A stretch of DNA of 64,000 nt from Adineta vaga (lineage: Eukaryota > Animalia > Rotifera). Location of the stretch: NCBI GenBank assembly GCA_021613535.1, contig CP075495.1, positions 9,982,001 through 10,046,000 on the forward strand, read 5' to 3'. The notes beneath the pieces are model-generated. The model searched no databases and had not been told where the DNA came from. It saw only the letters and a program-made list of their open reading frames with translations. Numbering within the stretch: position 1 is the first letter of the stretch; each line of letters starts with the position of its first letter. The position numbers and the translations under genes are program-made. Shown here one piece after another: positions 53,676 through 64,000 of the stretch.

Positions 53676-54653
53676 CATCACCAGAAACAGTTCTTCTATC
53701 ACAGATAGCAACAGATATTTAACAAGAAACAAACAGGAATGAATGATTTGTTGTGTTTTGTTTGTGTCTATTTATTGTTTTGGTGTTTCAACTTTATCTT
53801 ATTTGAATATAGATTCATTGTTCACGAGTTACCTCGTCTGATTTCAAAAGAAACGAGGTAAATTTCTGAAGCGGATAAAAATTTCATTAAAAAAACGCTT
53901 CTATCTCTAATGATTATAAGTACTAAGTTATTTATCTTTTTATGAGCTTCTATTTTTATGGAAAAGATTTGATCGATAAGAAAAAGGTATTAGAAAAGTA
54001 GCATTACCTGTTTGAAATTTGTTAAACATCATTTTAATCTTATGATTACTTCTTTATTCCAGTATCATTACATGGTTTTTATTTAAAGTCTGGAATAGTT
54101 AATAGACACAAACGACTGTTTTTATTGACCTTATACGATGAATGAGACTCTTAATTATATCTAAATGTTGTAATTGAAGGACAACATGTTAGCTACGCAT
54201 GTCAACGTTTTCTCTTTTTTTCTTCTTCTTCATCGTCACAAAAATCAAGTCATCTATTTCGTTTTATATTGTTTTTAATATAAGAAGAAAAAAGTTACGA
54301 ATTGAAAAAAAATAAAAATTCATCAACCTTCATAGGAAGGTGATTCGATTAAACTTTAAAATAATAAAAGATGAAAAAAATTCAGTTTTAGTTTAATGTA
54401 AAATGATCTATATATATATATTCAAGGAAAATATATTGTCAGTCAAATATATTTTTCTTCTTCTTCTTCTTCTTTCTTCTCCTTACAAAACAAGCGTACA
54501 TTACGAATCAGTGAAACATTTATTTTTATTGCGCTTCATTTCATTTCAAATCAACCTTCTCGTTATTTTAGTCAGACGTCAAGCACGTCTTACTAGACCA
54601 AGATCAGTAACAAAACGTTATTTTCTTTCTCTTTCTTTTGAACAATAGTTTCA

Positions 54654-57416
54654 ATGATAGTAAAACCAGCGAATTTAATTGCTATTCAACACGATAGAAT
54701 TCATGATAAACTTTCTTCTAATGATATTTGTATAATGTTCAATCAATTTCTAATTGAATTTGAACGGATGGAAAAAAGTGGACATGCAACAACAAAATTG
54801 TTTCTCGATGCTGTAGAAGATATTATTGATGCTGTTCTATCGATATTACCATATAAACTACTTGATCCCAAAGTTCTTAATCATCCATTAATGCATTTTA
54901 TTCAACAATTACTAATAACAATATTAGACAATTGGTGTATATCACAATTACGAATAAATATTCAAGAAACAGATATTTTATTAAAAATTGTACTTATTTT
55001 TGTACATGCAGCTGAACAAGCATTTATGCCAGATGTTAATGAAAATGAAAAAACGAAAAAAGATCTATTAACAACAAAACAATTATTATTTAAAGTACGA
55101 GAACAAATTGATGGAATTGTTTTGAATAAACAAGATTCGGATGAAGATCCAAATGTATGGGCAGTTGGTTTACTAACAATTAAATTATTACAAGGTTCAC
55201 CATTCTATTATAATTTAGGTCGAAATCAAAGATTAATTAATGATTGTAAGTTTATTTTCTTTGTTCTATTAAATTTCATGATATAGTTATCTTTATATTC
55301 TATCTAGTAATCATGAATAGTCTTGATTCATATGATTATAGACAAATAATGCTTCGATTACAACATGGTCAATCACTTACTGATATTGATTATTTTTTAT
55401 TTTTGACTTGTTGGCAATACTTATCTTCTAGATCGTTGACAAAAGAAAACTTTTCGATATCATTAAATGAAACTGATCTTCTTCATTTTCTTGTTGATGA
55501 ACTGATAACACGATTAGAATATGCTATTGATGAGTTACTATCCATTGCTCCACCTTCACTTGCATACATATTTGAACGATGTCATCAACTCCTCACCATC
55601 CATAATCTCGCTTCATTCGATAAACATGCTAACTATATTATTGATCGTCTCACACATATTCTTCAAAATCAACTCACAACAAATTCACAAGATCAAGCAT
55701 TAATTATTGTCGCACTAGATGCATTTCATGATCTCACAAAAACATCTGATATTCGTGCGATCATCAAGAATCGTCAACTAACTTCGTTGTTTAGGAATTT
55801 CACATCAACAGAAAATAATGATCAACGAAAACTAGCATTTGGTATCCTTGCTGAGATCATGGATGAACAAGAGATCAACAAGAATCCAGAAGAAATGACA
55901 ACCATATTTATTGATCAACTGAAACAACTCGATCCGAAAGAATATAATCCTGATCTTGATAATATATTATCAACTATTAAAGGTATACAAAGCAGAGAGA
56001 AAATTACATCTCTGTCATACCGATTCTCATGAAAACGAACAGTTAGTAAAGTAGTTTATGTTTTATTATTATTGTAGTGTTGATACAGCATGAGTCACCG
56101 AAAAATGAAATTATTAAACAAGGTGGTTTGGAAAGAATCGTGTCATTTATTCGTGATGGTGATATAAGCAAACAATCCGATAATCAACTAGAAAATGCTC
56201 TCAAGATTCTTTGGTTATCAACATTTGATCATCCAGACGTCGTCAAATCCTTTCAAGAAGATGTCAAGTTCATGACACGTGTCAATCAACTACTTGATCA
56301 TGCAAAACAAAATCAAAATCCTAAACTTGAAAAAGCAGCTGATGGTCTCATCTGGAAAGTCGAAAAAGAAGAAAAGTTCAAAGAACAACAACAAGAGAAG
56401 AAAAAGAAGAAGAAAAGTGAACAAAGTGGCACAACTGATGGAGCAGAAGAAGACGAAGAGGAGGAGGAAGAACAGTATGATCTCATGATTTCATATTCAT
56501 GGGCTGATATGGATTTAGCACATCGAATATTTCATCATTTGACTGAAAAACTAGGATATAAAATTTGGCTTGATCAGGAACAAATGCATGGATCGACTAT
56601 AGAAGCTATGGTATGAAATGATCGGATGTTGAAGGAGTAAGAAGAATGATTTTATATTTAGGCGAATGCAGTTGATAATGCTCAGTTCATTTTGATGTGT
56701 ATGTCAGAAACGTATAAACGAAGTGCGAACTGTAAGTCTGAGGCTGAATATGCATTTAATCGAAAGAAGCATATTGTTCCATGTAAGATGAAGAAAGATT
56801 ATTCAGCTGATGGATGGCTAGGTTTTATATTGGGAACTCGAATGTACATCGATTTTGAAACACAAGAATTCGAGAAAGCAATTGAATTATTAGATAATGA
56901 AATTCAGTTACAAAAGAAGAAACGAAAAGAAGCGAAGGAAAGTACGAAGTAGGTAATTCTCTCAATAATTTACTTTTTAAATTTGGAAGATATCCTTAAT
57001 TTAGAACACCGTTATTGGATGAAATGGCTGATAAGAAGATTGAGAATACGAAAGTAGAATGTCAAAGTACAGATAATGAAATAATCGAAAGAATAGAGAC
57101 GAAAAATATTGCAAGTTGGACTATATCAGATGCTCGAGATTTCCTTATCAAAAAAGACTTATTGGATATTTTGCCACTTTTTGAAGGTATTAATGGTAGA
57201 GAATTATTTGATTTATATTCAATGTGTAAGATCAATTCTGTGTTAATGTATCGCTCGTTAAAATCAGAACTATTGAAAATGCATGATAAAGTTTTGACGA
57301 TTGCTACTTACCTTCATTTTATAGATCGTTTACGTACAGTATGCGATCATGGTTCATCCTTAGACACATTTGTTTGTGATAAACAATTCGAAGAATGTGT
57401 AGATGATGTTGATTAA
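54654..57416 (+). CDS. ARM-like repeat - TIR (TIR_2 type) - SAM-like protein, copy A, 5 exons
   Basis: Helical ARM-like region (QGGLERIV, ALKILWLSTF, KAADGLIW); TIR YDLMISYSW..IWLD..M/ANAV..CMSETYKRSANCKSEAEYA..DGWLG; C-terminal WTISDARDFL..INGRELFDL is SAM-like. Confidence 0.88.
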
Positions 57417-59173
57417 ATTGTATGAATTTTTTTTGTACCAAAGAAAATGTTTGTCAAATATTTTCTTGCCTTTAGCAGCTAATAAATTTGCATATTTATA
57501 GAATTTTTGAGCAACGTATATGGATATTTTTAATAATGAAAATTCTGCATCTATATATGTTCTCCAAATGAACAGTTTCTAGACAAGGTACTCAAATCGT
57601 CCATCCGATATTCAAAAAAAAAACAATTTTAAGAGAGCAGAAAGATCTTCACATCGAAGATCATAAAACATTGTATCGTGACTATCATCGAAACACATGT
57701 AATTCTACAGAAGCAGACAATCAATAGGTTTATCTTTCATTTTACCTGTAACATTTTTTATCGATCCGTAAAATATCAAATTTACACCTCGAATGCAAAG
57801 TACATGTGTGTAAATTGTTTATATTCAAAAAATGATACACACATCTGATTATGCATAATAAAAAATCTCGAAAAAAGGCGACTTAAATTTTTTCTTTTCG
57901 TCAACAGAATTACATGTTTAATGAATATTGTTGATTTAAACTATGTTTTCTTTTGAGTTTGACGAATAGCCAAGCATCAAATTGTTCAATTTCATACTAG
58001 TGACATGAATATTCGAAGGAAAATCAAAATCTATACATCAATGTAATTTTCACTTTTATAGAAAAAAAATCAATCCAGTCTCATCGAACCTAGTTTTGAC
58101 ATTTAATCAATAGGAATATACTTTTACGTCATTCACTGATAGCATGTAGAGATATAATCACATGTTCTACCTAAGTTATTATTCGGTATGATTGTACATA
58201 ATTTATTCTTTAGACGATTTTATATAATATACATTATTTTTCATGTAGTTTCTCATACATAGTGATGCTTTTCAGTGAAATCTTCGATGCGTAACCAATA
58301 GACAAAAAATCCAATGTATTTGTAATAATCAATGTCATCCATGGCCGATAAATATATCGAAGTTAATCTGTTTTATACTAGATAATTTATATCAGTGGTT
58401 CAAATTAAACTATACTAATATTTTTTCTCAATATTATGATCAATCAAAACGTACGCACTAATAATGAATACATTCTTTCTCGTACTATTAATTACGGTCA
58501 CTGTGAATTTGAAATTGATGTATAGCAAAAACACTATTATCGATTGAAGTGAAGCAATTAAGGAAGGTAAAAAGTATTGTTTGTTACCTTGAACTTGTTT
58601 TCGTGATAGGTAATCATTACATTTTACATAATGATGGGTAATTGTCAATTCGTAAATTTAAATCATATGAGTTATTATGAAAAAAAGAAAGTAATTGCAA
58701 AATAACAAAATATTTTCAAAAACATCATTGCGTTTCTCAAACAAAAGTTTAATATTTATCTCATTCGAATAACATATTTTGATTGATATCAATGAGTAAC
58801 AATATTATTTTTCTCTCTCTCTGTTTAACCGATTTATATATGTTCGTTTAAAGCATTGCAGGTAATTGTTATATGTGCAAATGACTTGTGTCGTTAATAT
58901 ACCTTTAGTATTTTCTACATTTGTTTTTCGCGTTTATAAAATATTGCATTTCATTCATCCGAATCGAGTTGAGATGAAATTGAAGCAACGAGTGTAAAGG
59001 AAACCTATAGATACGGGATTTGTTTTTCGAAATGCATCTTTTTCGATCACGGCATAATCGAACAAATATACAAGTTTATATTTTATGCCATCTCATTAGT
59101 ATTTAATACTGAACGAATATTTAGATTTTAGATATTTTTGTTACACGTACGTAAAGTTTTTTGTGTGATAATT

Positions 59174-61939
59174 ATGACAACAGAACATACAGACACACCC
59201 GTATCACCAGTAATGGTTAATCGAGCTAATTGGTCCGCTATTCGACGAGATTCTATGGAACATGACCTTTCTTCGAATGATATTTGTAAGATGTTTAATC
59301 AATTTTTAATTGAATTTGAACGAATGGAAAAAAGTGGATATGCAACAACGAACATCTTCTTAGATGCCGTTGAACAGATAGCAGATGCTGTTATATAATA
59401 TCACCTCATAAATTACTTGATTCAAAAGTTCTTTATCATCCATTGATGTCATTCTTACAGCAGATGCTTGTTGATATCTTAAGTAATTGGAGATCTTCGA
59501 ATCAACGACTAAATATTCAAGAGACGGATATCTTTCTGAAGATTACGCTGATATTTCTTCATGCTGCCGAACAAGTATCTACGCCGAATACCGACGAAAA
59601 TCTATCGAAAATAAGAGATTTAATAGCCACAAAAAGATTTCTTTTTCTAGTACAAGAACAAGTTGATGATATTGTTCTCAATAAGCCAGGTATTAATGAT
59701 GATCCTAACATATGCACATTAGGTTTATTAACAATTAGATTGTTACAAGGATGTCCATTTTATTACAGTATGGAACGAAATCAACGATTGATTGATGATT
59801 GTAAGTTTTTGTCTTTTGCATTTTTCATGATTATGAAACATTGTTAAAACTTGTTTCAATTTAGTGGTAATGAATTGTTTGGATTCGTATGATTATGTTC
59901 AATCAGTGCATCAACTTCAACTCAATCAAGCACTTACTGATGTCGATCGTTTTCTTCTATATACCTGTTGGGAATATGTACCTTTTGTCTCAGCATCATC
60001 ACATTCAGCGTCTAGTACATCAAAATCGAACAGTATAGTTCAGTATATTTATGATGAACTATTGAAACGACTAGAACATGCTGCTGATCAACCTCCACCA
60101 TGTACAACTAAATCACTTGCATATATATTTGAACGATGTCATCAACTCCTCACCATCCATAATCTCGCTTCATTCGATAAACATGCTAACTATATTATTG
60201 ATCGTCTCACACATATTCTTCAAAATCAACTCACAACAAATTCACAAGATCAAGCAGTAATTCTTGTCGTATTAGATGCCTTTCATAATCTGACCAAAAC
60301 ATCTGATATTCGTGCGATCATCAAGAATCGTCAACTAACTTCGTTGTTTAGGAATTTCACATTAACAGAAAATAATGATCAGCGAAAGCTAGCATTTGGC
60401 ATTCTTGCTGAGATCATGGATGAACAAGAGATCAACAAGAATCCAGAAGAAATGACAACAATATTTATTGATCAACTAAAACGACTCAATCCAAAGGAAT
60501 ACAATCAGGATATTGATAGTGCGCTATCCACACTAAAAGGTATCATCAATTAAAAGGAAACCATACTCGATCATATTTTTCTTCTTCTTGTAGGACTGAT
60601 GCAACATGAAGAAGTGAAAAATGAAATTATCAGACAAGGTGGTTTGGAAAATCTCGCGTCATTTATTCGTGATGGTGATCTTAGCAAACAGTCCATTAGA
60701 CAATTGGAAGATACTCTCGAAATTCTTTGGTTATCAACATTTGATCATCCAGAAGTCGTCAAATCCTTTCAAGAAGATGTCAAGTTCATGACACGTGTCA
60801 ATCAACTACTTGACCATGCAAAACAAAATCAAAATCCTAAACTTGAAAAAGCAGCTGATGGTCTCATCTGGAAAGTCGAAAAAGAAGAAAAGTTCAAGGA
60901 ACAACAACAAGAGAAGAAGAAGAAGAAAAAAACTGAACAGAGTGGCACAACTGATGGAGTAGAAGAAGACGAAGACGAAGAGGAAGAAGAACAGTATGAT
61001 CTAATGATTTCATATTCATGGGCTGATATGGATTTAGCACATCGAATATTTCATCATTTGACTGAAAAACTAGGATATAAAATTTGGCTTGATCAGGAAC
61101 AAATGCATGGATCGACTATAGAAGCTATGGTATGAAATGATCGGATGTTGAAGGAGTAAGAAGAATGATTTTATATTTAGGCGAATGCAGTTGATAATGC
61201 TCAGTTCATTTTGATGTGTATGTCAGAAACATATAAACGAAGTGCGAACTGTAAGTCTGAGGCTGAATATGCATTTAATCGAAAGAAGCATATTGTTCCA
61301 TGTAAAATGAAGAAAGATTATTCACCTGATGGATGGCTAGGTTTTATATTGGGAACTCGAATGTACATTGATTTTGGAACATATGAATTCGAGAAAGCAA
61401 TTGAATTATTAGATAATGAAATTCAGTTACAAAAGAAGAAACGAAAAGAAGCAAAAGAAAGTGCTAGGTAAGAGAATTGATGTGTAACATATAGTTGTTC
61501 GAATTATCTCTGACTTTATTTTAGAATTGAAAGGAAAGGCGAGGCAGATATTGATAGTAAGAAATTTAATAAAGAAGAAGCATTAGGTTCTCCATCATCG
61601 AACGATATGAAGGATAAATTGAGTGGTAAACTATCGAACTGGAGTGAAGGACATGTTCGAGATTTCTTGATAAAACAGAATCTTATAGCAATGGTGCCTC
61701 TTTGTGATGGAATTAATGGTGAAGAATTGTCCGAATTATATGTCATGTGTAAAGCAAATTCAACATCAATGTATCGTTCTTTAAAATTCGAACTTCTTCA
61801 TGGTCATCATCGAATATTACCAATCTCAACATTTCTTCGATTTATGAGTCGAATGCGTTCCGTTTCTGATGATGGATTATCATCAAATACACAAACGGTA
61901 CATAAAACTGAAGAAGAACATTCTGGAGACGAGGACTAA
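59174..61939 (+). pseudogene. ARM-TIR-SAM protein copy B with a 1-nt deletion at about 59396 (pseudogene, N-truncated isoform or assembly error)
   Basis: Same 5-exon structure as copy A. Copy A reads gtt cta tcg ata tta cca tat aaa; copy B reads gtt ata t-a ata tca cct cat aaa, giving TAA at 59396-59398. The rest of the frame is intact. Confidence 0.75.
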
Positions 61940-62164
61940 ATCTCCTTTCAAATGAGTAAACTCATTTAGTTATATTATCTTATTTTCTTCAATCTAGTTA
62001 AACTATCTATATATTCATGTGCATTTCATATACATTTATTAGATATATAATATATGAATGAAGAAAAGATATTGTTAAGATATACATTACGATAGAAAGA
62101 TTGATACAAAGACGAGATACATCTGACAAAATTAGTTTTTATTGAGGTTTTGCCTTGAATTTTA

Positions 62165-62529
62165 TTAATGTAAACTATTCGTTGTACATAATCGTTTTGC
62201 ACTATCGTTTTCATTTTGATTATGTTGTTCATGATTGACTACAGTTGTATTAGTTAATTTTCTTTTATTAATCGATGATTGTAAAGCATCAATGGTTGGT
62301 TGATCATCATCATTAACAATATCAACAATAACATCATTGTCATCAGTTGTCATAATCATACGATCATTACTATTTATCCGATTTTGATTACCATTATTAA
62401 ACATTGCATCCATAGCATCTCGAAGACATACACTAACATCTGGCATAACAGATAAATTTGTTCGAGCCTTCAATGAAAAGAATAGATATAAGAATCAACT
62501 TAGTTCAATAATAAGATGAAATTTACCAT
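62165..62529 (-). CDS. Small orphan protein (about 101 aa) directly downstream of CCDC15; ATG separated from the body by intron 62526-62468
   Basis: ATG|GTaaat...ttgaAG|GCTCGAACA gives MARTNLSVMPDV...KRK...AKRLCTTNSLH*, with two basic clusters. Confidence 0.5.
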
Positions 62530-62663
62530 TGCAAAATAGAAAACTAACTGTTGAATATCTAAAATTCAAGAAAAAATACAACTTATAGTATTCATACTGA
62601 TTACTAATAACTAATATTCATTATATTCTTCTTTTCATTACACAAAAAAAAATAGAAAAATGA

Positions 62664-64000
62664 TTAATTTGTAGCTTGACAGGATGATAGTAAACTATGT
62701 AATGATGTCGCAAACGCTGTGGGATTTCGATAAAATGAACAGTTTTGTGAACATGTCATTGGATCAGCATCCCATATCGTTGAATGACATGAACATAATG
62801 TTGGCACATTGATTCCACGTTTTGAACAACGTTCTCGTAATGTTGTTTTCAATGCTCGAATGTATCTTGAAGAAGAAAATACACATGTGAGTATTGTCAG
62901 ATTTTGTTATACAATTATTTATATACCGTTCAATTTCTCGTCGTTTTTGTTCATGAATACGTTGTTGTCGAAGACGAGCTAATTCTTTTGGATCAGTACT
63001 ATTTACATCAAGGATGGATTCGTCTGGAAATGATATACAAATTAATTTATAATGATCTGTTATATAACTTACTGGAAATTGTTGATATTTGTTGTTGTTG
63101 TGCAAAAGATTCTTCTTGATGCAAACGTTCTGCTTCTTTTAATTCAACAAGACTAAATAATCAGAATGATAACAGATCAAATAAGAACTTGATGTTTTTT
63201 TTCCCGCTAACCGTTGCATTTCTTTGTTTTCTTTACTTAGAAGTAAAGCTTCTTTCACTTGTCGTCGTTCGATTGTCATAAATAAAGCGCGTGTAGCTTG
63301 AAGACGCTTACGATTTTCCAAATTTGTCAAACCACAAGTTAATGAATCTATATATGGAAAAGAGTCTAAAAAAACACAGAATATTCTTCAGTTAGCTTTC
63401 ATACCAGTTAATGCATTCAATGCAAATGTTGAAAGATGATTTTCACTCATTGATCGATGAAGTGTTGTGTCTTAAAAGAAAAATAAATTGATTTCATTTT
63501 CTAATTCTATTGAAAAGTATATTACCTGATGGTGGACGAATTTCTTCATTTTTATTTGTTTTCTAAGGAAAAGAATATAACATGAAGTATTGAGCGCTAA
63601 GAGATTATCTTACGATTGTTATCGGAATAGGATTTAGCCAAGTTCCTGCAGATGGTGTATCATCAGTGGATGGTAAAATATCTGATTGAATAAGTTGTTT
63701 GGAAGCTAAACGTTGTTTACTATGACGAACACGATTTGTTAGTTCATTTGGACGAAATGTTGATGATTCAAGCAGAGGAGTTGTAGCTCGTTGAGATAAA
63801 ACAACAACTGTATCAGCTGGAGCTGGTGGAGGTGGTAAAGCAACAGCTTCAATCTATATATCACAAAGAGAATATGTAAGATAAATTATCCTTCAAACGT
63901 ACTGTTTTATTAGTAGTCTGTCGTTGAACATGATTTTGAGCCTCTCGATAGAGACGAAGTCGATGACGAACAAAAGCATCCAGTTGTTCCACACGTTGTC
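62664..64000 (-). CDS. CCDC15: Coiled-coil domain-containing protein 15 (3' part; gene continues beyond the window)
   Basis: RALFMTIERRQVKE and the C-terminal RYIRALK...VPTLCSC...WDADPMTCSQNCSFYRNP match the conserved Cys-rich CCDC15 terminus. Confidence 0.8.

Noticed and set aside
57420-59170. Spacer between the TIR paralogues as a mobile element or regulatory repeat
   Set aside because: No similarity to the upstream region of copy A and no transposon hallmarks were visible.
1-64000. Prokaryotic systems (CRISPR, Thoeris-like operon), tRNA, rRNA or SL RNA genes
   Set aside because: The TIR and other foreign-type genes carry spliceosomal introns and sit among animal genes; no spaced direct repeats, cloverleaf or spliced-leader sequence was recognised by eye.

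Overview
AT-rich, gene-dense eukaryotic DNA with many 50-65 bp GT-AG introns. The mix of metazoan genes (Pax3/7, rhodopsin-type GPCRs, stomatin, LAP1-like, CCDC15) and intron-bearing genes of bacterial or fungal type suggests a bdelloid rotifer; this is inference, not a database result. About 26 spliced gene models were reconstructed by hand: DUF4139-like, Zrt/IRT-type ZIP, RAD51B, CDK5RAP1, BLOC1S2, PITPNC1, DXO, Artemis, a class I isoprenoid/terpene-synthase-like enzyme, FMO, a PLDc_N mini-protein, a GPCR, a GPCR pseudogene, Pax3/7-like, a CIC-motif/CENPB-HTH protein, GT10 fucosyltransferase, cystinosin, LAP1-like, stomatin, two tandem ARM-TIR-SAM genes, CCDC15 and four orphans. Best leads: (1) a co-oriented, foreign-looking terpene-synthase-like + FMO (+ PLDc_N) cluster that may be an animal biosynthetic unit; (2) a tandem ARM-TIR-SAM pair with homogenised TIR cores, divergent flanks and a frameshift in one copy; (3) an operon-like minus-strand chain with spacers resembling trans-splicing intercistronic regions; (4) a Pax3/7 lacking the RED subdomain; (5) an 8-nt PITP microexon. 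No rRNA, tRNA, CRISPR array or intact transposon was recognised.
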